This document shows, one piece after another, positions 49,972 to 62,588 of a stretch of 64,000 nt of DNA. This DNA is from Amoeboaphelidium protococcarum X5 (Eukaryota; Fungi; Aphelidiomycota), in the NCBI GenBank assembly GCA_023515725.1, contig JALDTO010000098.1, positions 1,824,164 to 1,888,163 on the forward strand, read 5' to 3'. Under the pieces are notes generated by a model. That model did no database searches and had not been told where the DNA came from. It saw only the letters and a list, made by a program, of their open reading frames with translations. Numbering within the stretch: the stretch's first letter is position 1; every line of letters begins with the position of its first letter. A program made the position numbers and the translations under genes.

Positions 49972-51957
49972 ATGAGAGTGAATGTCAACTCAAAGAATAA
50001 GTAGAATAGTTCGGCGGCATCTTCAAAGAGGACTAGTTATGCTGACGATGGTCATTCGGGAGCCTCAGATTCTCCTCCACTTAGTGCATCACCAGTTGAC
50101 GACTCCCGCCTTGGAAGTCCCACTGGTTAGACTTATTCCCAAATAACTGATGATGACACCGTTAAAGTTGTGATAAGAATCCGACCTCTGAACTAACTTG
50201 AAAGTCAGCGAAACGATGGCCAGGCAGTGTTTCAGCTCCCTGATGGACAGACGATCACTGCGAAATCGACCGATGGAAAGCCGACTCCTTCGCTGCGTTT
50301 CAATCACGTTTTTGGGTCTGAAACGAATTAGAAGGAGTTCTTTGACAGCTGTGGCGTCAAGGTGTTGATCGAGAAGGCTGTGCAAGGATATAACTCGTGC
50401 GTATTTGCGTATGGCTAGACCAGTAGTGGTAAGACTCACAGCTTGACCGGACCTGACGAAGTGGATTTTAGTTAGTTTGAATAGGAGCATTGGGGGCTGA
50501 TACCGCGCTCATTGTTTTACATGTTTGAGTACATGGACTAATTGGACACTGAGGAGGAGTTCACCATCAAGGCTTCGTACTTGGAAATATACAATGAGCA
50601 TGTCCAAGATCTCTTGAACCCATCCGCTGCATCACTTCCTGTCAGATATAACAAAGAGAATGGATTCTTTGTGGAAAATTTATTTGAGGTTGAATGCGAT
50701 GTGCTGGATGACTGTATGGCCGTGCTGGAAGAGGGATTGAGAAATAGAAAGGTTGGCTCTCACAAATTGAATGAGAGATCGTCCAGATCTCATAGCATGC
50801 TCACTCTCATCATCTAGAGTGAGACTGTAGATCCAGATGATGGACGATTTATTCGTAAAATAGGCAAAATCAACTTTGTAGATCTGGCTGGTAGCGAACG
50901 TGTTAAAGAGTCCAAGGCTACTGGGTAGATGTTTAACGAATCGCTCAGTATTAACAAGAGTTTGCTCTGTTTAGGCAATTGTATATCGGCGCTAGCAGAG
51001 ATGAAACGTAAGAAATCGCAAGCTCACGTCCCTTACAGAGATTCAAAGCTCACTAAGCTCTTATTTGAGACTTTGGGTGGCAATGGATTGGCTCTCATGA
51101 TTGCCTGTGTGTCTCCTAGCTCCGTAAATCTGAATGAGACACTGAACACGTTGAGATATGCAAGTCGCGCTCGTAAAATTTAGAATAAACCAGTTCTACA
51201 GATGGATCCAAGGGAGGAGTTGATTTTGAATCTGAGAAAGTAGATTTAGTAATTGAAGGTGGATAATGACACTCTATCCGGACTGGTAGACTCCTTTACA
51301 GCGAGGGAGAGTGAACAGGCGGATAAGAGCTTGCTGGAGAAGTAGTTGAATGAAGCCCATGAAGCGATCAGTCATTACTTGGAGGAGAACAAGGCCTTAA
51401 GTAAGTAGAAGGATGAGATCTATTCTGATAAGGAGAAGATGTCCAGAGAGAATAAAAACTTGTTGGAAGAGAATGATCGCCTGATTGCAAAGATAGAAAG
51501 TTTGGTCCAAGTCTTTGGATCTCAGCTTGATGATGAAATTGCAAAGACTGCAGCGGCATTAGACTCTTTGAATCAACAAGATGTACTTAATTAGTCCAAG
51601 GGCTCTAGTCAAAAGTTTGGTGGCGGCGGTAATGTCCGTCTGGGATTTCTTGCGAGACGATAGAATGATTAGCAGCTGGCTTAACTTGAATCACAGTAGA
51701 AATTGTCGGAATTGACTGTCTAGTAAAAAGAAAGTCTACTGAACATGAAGAGATTACTGGCAACAACACTTACTAATACCAAGAAGAAGGAGGAGAAAGT
51801 AGCCAACAATCGCCTGAGTCTGGACGTGTTATCGGATCAGTATGACATGGGTGCCAAGAACATCCCAATAACTATCATAGATTCTAGTAAGCGACGTCCG
51901 TCTTTCAGAGCACCTTCTACATTGGACGAGCCTAAGAAAGTTTCGGACAGCAAATGA
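49972..51957 (+). CDS. N-terminal-motor kinesin with coiled-coil tail, most like KIF12/kinesin-16
   Basis: [74 protein letters not shown]. Subfamily is inferred by eye. Confidence 0.9.
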
Positions 51958-52110
51958 GAGCGTTGATTAGTTCAATAGATTAGCTTGCGGCCGTGATCAA
52001 AGTACAGCTGAATACTAACGTTGGAGCTTCTTCTTCCTTTCGCGTCATGTGAGGTTAGCTCGTTTCTCAATTTGTCCTTTACAACAGAGATCGTCATAAT
52101 TTGAATAATA

Positions 52111-52449
52111 ATGTATCATTCTAAATTTTTATTATCCTCTAGATTAGCATTTCAAGATAGTTCCTCAAAATCTAAAACTCATCTGTCTGAATAGTTGTAT
52201 AATAGACCGAGTAGGCTGTCTTTTGCAACGCGTCAAACACTATTTTGGACCACTTCTCTGACTCTTTTTGCTATCAGTACGTCGATATTCGTATACAGTT
52301 GGCATTGGAATAAGCATAGATTTTAAGCTATGAGAGACGGTAGGGATCTTGATTAATGGGCCGATGAATTTGCATAACAAGATCCTGCCACGCGCTTTGT
52401 TAATCGTTTATCTAGTATTGGCTAGAGATAAAGTAGTAATGATTCGTGA
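52111..52449 (+). CDS. Small single-pass membrane protein, possibly mitochondrial, 112 aa
   Basis: S/R/K-rich N-terminus, one hydrophobic segment (LFWTTSLTLFAISTSIFVYSW); open ATG to TGA; no family recognised. Confidence 0.45.
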
Positions 52450-52943
52450 TATCATAAATCTGTATTCTTTATATATATATCTTGCCGTCAGATCTACATT
52501 TAGCATTTTTATAATTCTAACATTACTCTTGGTATTGTGCGTGTCGCCATTGCCCCAATCTTCAAGCTTGCATATACAATATTCGAATCGAATCGTATAG
52601 TGAAATCTGCTTCCCGATATTAGTTGCTTTCCGATTATAAGTTTGATAATAAGCCATGCTATAAATGTAACATGATTTATATACCTGCGCTGCATTACGT
52701 TAACTTTTGGTCTTGTGACTCGATACACGGGTTACTGTTTTAGAATCTTGGCGCACATGGGCCTTCCAATGTCCAATCAAAAATCTGCAGCATCATTGGT
52801 AGTGTAACGAATGACAGCTTTATTGATCATGCTACCAAGTACTGCGTCTAAAGTCAATGATTTACTCCAGTCTCTTGTATCTACATAACCATCTGAAGAA
52901 CTTTATATTATAGAAATTCATCGATTATAATTAATCTAAAGCA

Positions 52944-54845
52944 ATGAAGTCCACATTAAAAGTATTGTTAGTATCCTATGCTCTGATGTCCCTCTTTAGT
53001 CTTTAAAAGCTGACGTGTTTAGCGTAAGCACCTCAAGGACCGGTAATATAATCTATTCCTCCTACTAAAGTTGTGTCTATTGCTCCTGTTGAAACTAATA
53101 ATCTCAATGTATCTGATCATAAGTCCTCAGTGGCGGGTTAATACCATTGCTCGTCATTTATCACTGGACTCCACAACGATTCTATCCCGATATGTGCTGT
53201 AAATGGCTAAAGTATGACCTCTGTTGAACTCTCTTCTGCCATAACGGCTGCTGCTAAGGTTAAGAATGAGTCAACTGGTCTAACAACGTATTCGTGTGAT
53301 GGTGGATTTATTCGCAATTATGAGTTGGATAACGTCAGCCAAATCAGCCGCGTATCGTGTATTAAGTCTCCTGATGGTCCCATGGTTAGTGATCATCCTG
53401 GATTTAACGTGATCATCCCTGGCTAGAGCTGTCCATCTATCTGGTACGGAGAGGCTTAAAATTCTTCCGCCTCAGCCGTCTCCCAATTGCTTGTTAATTC
53501 AACAAATGGTGCGATTGCCCATGCCATGTGTGAAGTTCCTCCGGCTCCTAAGCGGACTAACACTGATTACGACTGCTCCGGACGAGGTTTAATGACAGTT
53601 ATAGCGTAAGATCGTTCTCCGTATTTTGAATGCAATGGTATGGACATGAACAAACTGAAATAGCAGTACGGCAGTAAAGTTATTCAGTCGCGCTCATAGG
53701 ATTCAGACGGCTAGTCGCCTATTCATGCTTTATTCTGTCCTGGTGGATTGATCTCCAGTGTCTCTCTGAGCAGCATTGGTAACTACTCAACGGCAAACTG
53801 CATTGGCTCTGAACAGAAATCCCCACTGGTTAAAGATTCGTATAAAAATTCAGTTGCTTCCGTTAACTTAGTGTCTTGCACTGCATAAGATACAAAGGGG
53901 CCAGGTGATGGAAAGTTCTGGGCAATTTCCAAAATATTCGTTAACGAGACTGGCTCTGTGGTAGGAGCCCTGTGTGCTGAGATTGATCCTCAGAAGATTG
54001 CATTTCCTCCTATTGGTGATCTTCCTGATCTATCTGGCCCAGTGCCGGAGCTGCCAGCAGATTCAAAGCAAGTCAATTATGGTAGAACTCTCAGTACTAA
54101 CTTGCTCAACAAAGGCTTAAAGGATATTGGAGATATCAATCAAGGAACCTGGGGAAATTGTTGGTTTTTGGCTGGCATGGCAGCGGTGGCATATCGATGC
54201 CCTGCCGCGTTTACTGTTAAGCGCAAAGACAATTGGACACCTCGCGGAATGTGGAGCACTTGCGACGTTACCCTGTTTAATGAGCAGTTGTAACCAAAAG
54301 TTTATAGCAAAAGCTGCAGCGGTTGGTATGATCATTTGAGTTCGCCTGATCTGGGCTGGTATCCCAAGTGGGCTGGGGTATTCTTGGACGCTGCTACAGA
54401 ACATTTCGCCCAGGAAGGAGTCTCCGTGAAAGAAGGCAAGGATCCTTCTTTTGCTCTGCGTGCGCTAACGGGCTAAAAGAGTGGATTTGCTTTAGTCAAT
54501 GAAATTAAAAATCTTGCTAGGATTGCCCCACTAAGCAATTCAGGTCCGGGACAGTGCACAGAAGCAGTAGTCGCCGGTACATACGAGGATAAGTCATTAG
54601 TGGAAAGTGTGAACTTGGTTCCTAATCACGCGTATGCATTCTTGTATCAGAAGGATGGGATGATTGTGCTATCAAACACCTGGGGAGCCACTAATTCTCC
54701 AGAAGTCAACGTTCCTGGTGTTCAAAGAATAAAAGACACAACCATATTTGCAATCCCGGAAAGTTAGTTCAGAAGGTATTTTTCTAGTGTCTCCATGTCC
54801 TGCACATATGCTTCTCCAGATTTAAAGATTTGGGGTTGTGATTGA
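52944..54845 (+). CDS. Putative secreted calpain-family (C2) cysteine protease with two Cys-rich N-terminal modules, 633 aa
   Basis: MKSTLKVLLVSYALMSLFSL signal-like start; DINQGTWGNCWFLAGMAAV, ALRALTG, LVPNHAY, LSNTWG (Cys/His/Asn triad). Confidence 0.85.
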
Positions 54846-55225
54846 TTCGTGATACTTTAAATGAATGATGATAAGCAGAAATATATTTGTTTTGAAGCAT
54901 TGAGAAACAGTCCAGTTATTTACTTGGATTTACCCGCTAGCACACATTTTGTATCCTATATATTACCTTAATACTAAAGAGATATATAAAACGATATTAT
55001 TTATATTACAAATTTCAACAAAAAAGGAATAGTACAAGTACAATAACTGCGACTCTACTCTTACACTTGACTGAACTGATTGAAATTGCATTCTGTTTCA
55101 TACACGCGTCTTGCCGCCAAGTTCCCAGAGTCAAACAATTACAGTGAACACAAAGATCTCTTCTATATTATAGGTGTCGTTTTCTTATTCCAAGTATTTG
55201 GGCGAGTTTTCATGATAAAAAAGAC

Positions 55226-55759
55226 ATGGGACATTCACAGTATTACTCATAATCCAAGAAAGCTAATTGTGTTTAAATTCTGCCTCCACTAGCCGTACAT
55301 CGCAACACTTTGCATCCATTAGATGTGGTTATTGCTGCTGTAAAGACTATGTTAACATTATTTGCTTTACTAATACTTAACCTTGGGCTGACGATTCTAT
55401 TTGGCAAAGCTTTGGAGATTATTAGTATAAGGCGCAACTTGATTATGTCATTCTACGTGTTCTATGCGTATGTGGGCTGGTACAAGTTTTGGCAGTTGGT
55501 TGTAAAACGTCCTATAAAATGGAGTCGGTTGGAGTTTGTGGCATTCTGCGTAGTTCCATTTTCCTCAAATGGTGACGTTCTTCTGTCAAAAATCATGCCA
55601 GATTACATGGTTCTGGCATTTGTGGCAATTAGACTATTGGTTTACACGTACAAGATATTCCAAGGATATTATCAATCTGCTAATACCCAAAGCGTTCCTC
55701 AAGATACTGCGTTACAACTCGGTGGCTTTGAAAAGTGCATCGAACGCGAACAAGTATGA
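55226..55759 (+). CDS. Hypothetical multi-pass membrane protein, 177 aa
   Basis: Track ORF 55310-55759 extends upstream through TAA codons to ATG 55226; 3-4 hydrophobic segments. Confidence 0.5.
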
Positions 55760-56077
55760 AATTAAGACAGTTAGTGATTAGCAATTAATTGTCACTGCAT
55801 TGAATGTCTAAAATTATTTGAGACAGGGTATAAGCGGCGTGTATTTCTCAGCTTATCGTTTATAAGGACTCGCAGCAGTACAGATACATTGCAGCGTCAA
55901 TAGCTTACGTAACATGTCGCGATGATTCAATCAACCAAGACGCGCGTGTTTCAGCATGGGAACGCGCGCTCCTTCTTCCTCAATCATTCATCACAAGAGA
56001 ACTCTATTGTATTATTTACAGTACTTATTTCGAGATTCTATTTACAATTGAATTTATAATCTGCAGCACAATCAAGT

Positions 56078-57145
56078 ATGACAAACGAACAAGTTTAGTT
56101 CAAGGCCTATGCATGTCATGGTAAGGGGAAGCCGTTGGAGCCTTTCAGCTATAAGCCTCGTCCTCTGGGCCCGAACGACATCGAGATTGAGATCTGTTAT
56201 TGTGGTATATGCTATTCTGATATCCACGCCATTGACAGCGGCTGGGGTCCTACCAAGTATCCTGTTGTTGTTGGCCATGAGATCTCTGGTGTGGTGAAGG
56301 CAGTCGGCGAGAATGCTGGCAAATATCGCAAAGTTGGACAGCGCGTTGGAGTAGGTGCTCAAGTCTGGTCTTGCTGTGACGAGTCTTGTCTGTACTGTAA
56401 CTCAAAGACTAATGAGAACCAGCTGTGTCCACGCAGAGTGTTCACCTACAATGCAGTCTATGAGGACGGTGGAGTTGCTTATGGTGGATATGCTGAGGCT
56501 GTCCGTGTTGACTACCGCTTCAGCTTGGTTGTTCCTGATAAGTTGAAGTCTGATGTGGTGGCTCCTCTGCTGTGTGCAGGTACTACTGTTTTCAGTCCAT
56601 TGAAGAGATTTGGCTGTGGTGCCGGTAAGAGAGTCGGTGTTGTTGGTATTGGAGGACTAGGGCATTTGGCTGTCTAGTTTGCTAGTAAGATGGGCGCTGA
56701 TGTCGTTTGCGTATCCCATTCTGAGAACAAGCGTGAGGAGTGTAAGAAGCTCGGTGGAACTGGTTTCTTGAACATTTAGGATGAATCGGCTGTGAAGGAG
56801 AATGCACAGAAGCTGGATATCTTGATTGTCACCAGCAATCACAAGGGCCAGCCGTGGGACACTTATTTCAGTCTGATGAGACCGAATAGTACCGTTGTAT
56901 TGCTGGGAATTCCAGAAGAAGATTTGAAGTTTAGAGCTGGTGCTCTGTGTATGAACTAGATTGCTTTAACCGGTTCCTTGATTGGATCTCCCGCTATGAT
57001 CCAAGAGATGTTGGAATTTGCAGCTGAGCACGACGTTCATCCATGGATTGAGAAGATGGATTTGAAGGAAGCGAACAAGGCCATTGAACGCGTTCGCAAA
57101 GGCGATGTTCGTTACCGTATCGTATTGGACACCAAGAAGTTTTGA
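56078..57145 (+). CDS. Zinc-dependent NADP-type alcohol dehydrogenase (ADH6/cinnamyl-ADH family), 355 aa
   Basis: CGICYSDIH, YPVVVGHEI, RVGVGAQVWSC, APLLCAGTTVFSPL, VVGIGGLGHLAVQFA, GSLIGS, GDVRYRIV. Confidence 0.94.
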
Positions 57146-57712
57146 TCATATTGATCATCACCTTGTTGTAAAGAAGTGATAATAGGTAACTAAATATCTA
57201 TCCATGCAAATCCGATAATCTTTTAATCAGTGCCGTAACATTTACATTCATTTTTGCATCTTCCAATTGTAGTACTATTGCTTCTACAGGTATTCTATAA
57301 ATTCCTAACGTTGCAGTTGAGTTCGGAAATCTTCACTCTAGATCAGCATTTACAGAAATTGGAGGCAATCCGGAAATCTTATGCAATCTACATAGTCACG
57401 CTGAGTCCACGTTGATTACAGATATCGCAAATAATCCATAAACTCAGAGTCTTTTAGGTAATCTTCATTAGCCAAAACTACATAATTAACAAGGAATCAA
57501 TAAAAGTCTTATTTTGCACATGGGGTACTCATACATTGCAAGTACGCGGGATTGCTTAAACATTATAAAAACTCTAATTCAATTTAAAATCGCGTCTTTG
57601 CGTCAAGTGTGGATGACATTTCGAAGTCAGTAAGTGAAGCTTAAACTGAGATGAGATTGTCCTATTCAAATGGGTTCAGACTTTTCTAAATGTATCTATA
57701 TTGTATATAGCG

Positions 57713-60700
57713 TCACTAAAATTCAGATTTCAATTACCAATAACCTTGAGTTCTTGATCTGTTAGAGGCGGCAGCGTGAGATGAAGTCGAGGAGCGATGA
57801 AAAGTCGCGATCGCTTTCACAAGTTGACGAAACAACGCAAGTTCATCATCATTGCCACCAGCTGATTCAATACTAAAAGACTACTCGCTCACACACTATT
57901 AAAATACAGTGGCAAGCTCTTGACTAGATGCTCTCTGAGTCGGCTTCTTACGCAGATGGTTAATCATGGCTTCGAGGATTTACTATGTATTTTTGTCCGT
58001 ATCAGCGCCATCATTTTCACCTTGCTGATTATTGGCATTTCTATTTCTGCTCTTAAGCCTATTTAATATAGACGCCGAAGATGATTGATTAGCACTTCTA
58101 TCAACTTACTGTGAGGATGATGATGCTGACTATCTACCCGCAGATTATCGTGACTAATCGTACGAGTTCTTCAACTTCGACATGGCAGAGTCAACCATTC
58201 TTGTGGCTTCCCTCTCCACAATGACATAATCAGGCCTTGTTGAATCCATGACAGCATCATGCTTCAGAATAGTATGGAGACCATCCATCTAGAAAATAGA
58301 GTCCAAGACGGCATCATCAGTCTTGTGTTATCCGGCCTTCTCCTTTGCACTATCTGCCGTTCTGAAAGACTCTTCACGCGCGACTCCTTCCACTCTGGTA
58401 TGATCTTCAACCTGGAGATTTTACTGATCCACACTAACATCTTGACCACTTTTGTCAAATAATGAACGCGTCTCATTATGTTATTAATCTGCAGGAGCCA
58501 ACGAGAATAAGTCATGTAGATCATTACTTTTGAAAAACCGACGCTGCTTAGGATCTTTTAGAATTTTATTAGTCAGAAATTGCTTGAAAATCTGTCGATG
58601 GTAAATCTTCTCTTCTATCGTACCGCTAGTCATCAAGCGATATATGGTAACTGGTTTCTATTGTCCAAGTCGCCACGCACGCTCTCGGCTCTAAATGTCA
58701 GTCGACGGATTCCAATCTGGGTCATAGATAACCACTCGATCAGCACCGGTAAGATTGACTCCAAGGCCACCAACTTTGGTAGTGAGCAGGAAAATATAAA
58801 CACTTCTAGTGCAATTAAATCTATCGACTAATGACATGCGGTCCTTGATTGGAGTGGTGCCGTCCATTTTCAAGTAGGAATATCCTTCACTCTAGACCAT
58901 CTGCTCAATTATAACCTACATCTATCGTGTCTGAGTGAACAATAAGACTTTGTGTCCATTCTGCTTCCACAAATGCAGTAGATTCTTAACTACAACAAGT
59001 TTGCCACTCTTTGAAAAGTCAACTTTGTCTTCCGCAGTCGAGTCTACAGCCTTTTTACTTTTACTCTTGCTGTTGATAAAAAGTAAATCCGGATGATTAC
59101 AAATCTTGCGCAGGATATCAATTCCATACAGAGCATGTCTCTTGCCATCGAATATACTTTCCACCTCAGAACTCTGCAGAAAATCCTCATAAATCTACCT
59201 CTGAATGTCTGTCAATTTAACAAAGAGAACCTTCTCATCCTTCTTTGGCATCTGTATAGCCACATCAGCTTTCATCCTTCGCAGCAGGTACGGATTAATG
59301 AGATCTCGCAAGATTATAGCACATTTATACGCAACTTGCACCTACATCGCGGAAGCATTAGCATATCCACCCTACTTAATCGGAATCTCAAATTGAGATT
59401 AGAATACAGGCAGAGTTCCCAGTCTACCAGGATACACAAAATCGAATAGACTCCAAAGTTCCACCAAATTATTCTATATAGGCGTCCCACTAAGAATCAA
59501 CCGTCTAGGAGTGTTGAACTGCTTGCAACACATTGTAATATCCGCCTCTGGATTCCTAATCTTGTGACCTTCATCCAGAATTACATATCCCCATTTTCGA
59601 TTTAAGATATGCTCTCGGTGCTGCCTTACACCTTCATAAGTGGTTATCAAAACGTGTCCTTCGTTCCATACCTTATTCAAAATCTTGCGTATACTAGAAG
59701 AACTGTTAAGATTACTATTACTACCACCATACTAACTGAGGGAAGATGAATGTAAAATGACAATTCTGAAAGGAGGCCACCATTCATGAAACATCTTGCA
59801 CCACTAAGTCAATACCGTAGCTGGGCAGACGATAATCACCGAATTCTACCACTTGCCTGGTGTAAAATGTAACGCGGCCAGAAAAGCTATAATCTGGATA
59901 GTCTTTCCTAAACCCATTTCATCGCCGACAATTCCACCAACACTTTGATTATGCAGATCATAGAGCCATTTCAAGCATGTCCGCTAATACTCAAACAGTC
60001 TAGTGTACACCTCCCCAGGCACAGATAGATCGCCAATGTAAGCATTCGGTTCATCCGGGCTCTCTTACAAACATTCATTCAAGACATCATTCCATTCTAG
60101 ATCATCGACTCTCGCGTCAGAATTTCGCTAATTATATCTGTTCAATGCCCACTAGGTGACTCTCTCTCTGAATTTATCATCTTGAAGATCATCATAGTAT
60201 AAATTGTTATTACCATCACCTTCAACGTCTTCCTCTTCTTCTCCGTAATCATCATTCTCGGCATAATCACCAGCATCATTATCACTGTAATCATCGTCAC
60301 TATGCACTGATTGTCGTCTCTTACGCTTGTTTTTACTACTCTTTTACTTATTACTACTACTCACTCTAGCAATGTCGCGAACCTGCAGACTTTTGCTGTC
60401 AACATCTTGATCATTCAACTCTCCAACTTAAACGTCATCGCTGTGATCAAAAGAAATGTAATTGTGAGCATCAAATCGAGTCTTCACAGGACGTGAGTCT
60501 AATTAAGCGGCGGTATTACCGTTTTGACTGTCAAACGGGGTCGCTTTACCGAGAGCAACCAGGTCTTCTTAATCTTACTTGGTAACCGCAGTATCATTAT
60601 TTCTCGCCACTTTGTTATGACGGTCTACAACCTGATCTCTGAGCAAGTACTTTTCATCCAACTCAGATTTCAGCCTCTCCAGCTCTTACAAAGCAGCAGC

Positions 60701-60931
60701 GTTATAATTATTTCTAAAATTATCAACCTTATCCTATTATACACTAATCTTCTTCTTCAATGCAAGAATCTCCTTGTCCAGACGCTTCAGCAATCTATCA
60801 TCACGCGCATCATCCAACTTTTAAATCTCATCCTCAACTTCATTCTGCACCTTCTTCTCTATAAATTCCTAAGACTAAACATCAACCAGCAGCTCATTCA
60901 ATTCCAACTTCTCATCTCCTGACATCTCCAT
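57713..60931 (-). CDS. RAD26: SNF2-family transcription-coupled repair ATPase Rad26/CSB, 1072 aa
   Basis: [88 protein letters not shown]; C-terminal WQLKSEF winged-helix-type end. Confidence 0.94.
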
Positions 60932-61341
60932 GACAATATGGCAAATAGTTATCAATCCAATGTTCTACTCCAAAATGAAGATGAAGAATAAGGGAAACAA
61001 TCTGACAAAGCTAAAATGATGAATTCTGAGAAAGGATCGGCAGTGCTGCCTTTTGCCTTTGCAGTCGATCAACCCACTGTACAAAGACTGCACTATAACT
61101 TACATAGACATTTACCGTGAAATTCCGCAAATATAAAGTTTTGGAAATGATTGTGATTGTGGTCCACTCCAATAAGTTAGCATAGCGCGGTTCGGTGAAT
61201 TTGAGGTAAATTGACTCGTTGCTCCTTGTTTCAGGCGCCACAATCGAAATCGAATTTTCAGAATTTGGTAAAGAGTTTGATCATGAGACATTATCCAATA
61301 CTTTTAATGTCCTAACTTTACAATTCACCCTAATATTTTGA

Positions 61342-62313
61342 ATGGATTATTCTACAATACGATATTGCTTGCGTAAGTTTGAGTTCAATAATGATCAGAT
61401 TTAGTTGCATCCAGCTGATGAGCTGTGCGTTCGCAATATCATTCACGAGGTGTATGGCGAAGAGAAATCTTGGCGAAGACTGCTTAACAAGATCAAGGCT
61501 GCAGTTGCTTTAGTGTCTGTGTGCGGCAATTTTGCATCAGTGATAACCGCTCTAATTTTCGGTCTTTGTATAGAGCTGGGTGCATTACGAGATTTTGATA
61601 ATGATCAAATGAGATTCTCTCGACGCGTTTTACTGTTTGGATCTGGACTGGAAATGATCTGTCTCATTGGAATACTATCATTGCTTTCACTGTAAGTACT
61701 GAGCGCTGATTGTGAAGATAAATAAAAGATAATGGCCGTTAAAGTTATCACATAACTATCGACACTGAACGCGTTTGAGCAGTTTAAATTGTGGAATCTA
61801 AAGAGATTTGTAGAATATTGTTAGTCTTAAAGTGCCGTACTTAAGAGGTGTCAATCTCCTGGGGAAATGGTTGGCGTTGCTCTCAATTTCACATTATCAT
61901 TATTATTAGGACTAATGGCGCCAGTAATTTTGCATTTTAAAATTCTTACTGTCCGTTCTATAATTTCAATGAAATACTGGTACTTACATCCATCTTATAT
62001 TGGCGTTCTCATTGCATTCGTAATCTCACTGCGATCAATGAATCAACGAGAGGTCGGCAGTTATTAGTTTGCGCGCCAAGTAAGATTCATGTACTTGAAA
62101 CGCTTACGCAACGAGGTGATTGTAAAGCGGCGTAAAGCATAGACTCTTTAAAACTTAAAGTTGCAATCTGTGGAAGACTTTGAGTAGAATATTGACGCTA
62201 TCTTGATAGATCAGTTACTAGTAAAAGACGCCAGATGGTTCATTCTGGCTAATGGCTACGTTGGCTCATATAAAATGTTATTAAAGAAATTAAATATAGA
62301 ATGCTTCTAATGA
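61342..62313 (+). CDS. Hypothetical protein with about four transmembrane segments, 323 aa
   Basis: Joins track ORFs 61405-61695 and 61867-62067 into one frame under TAR=Gln; ends TAA-TGA. Confidence 0.6.
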
Positions 62314-62588
62314 ATTCTACAGTAATTATCAAGATATATTAACTATTTAACACTGAGGATGCCTTCATTCATAATGGTATAGCATTAGGATCCTAATCAA
62401 CTGTTCTACGCTTTTAACTTGGGTGAAACAGAGAGTGTTTGTTTCAACTTTTATCGTTTCGCGTTTCAGCCGTTCGTTTCCCTTTCTCTTTGTTATACAC
62501 TACAGTAGTTATCAACTCATTCAAACAACAACTTACCTGTTTGCTTAAATACACTAATTCACATACTTTTATTTAAAAATAAGTAATT

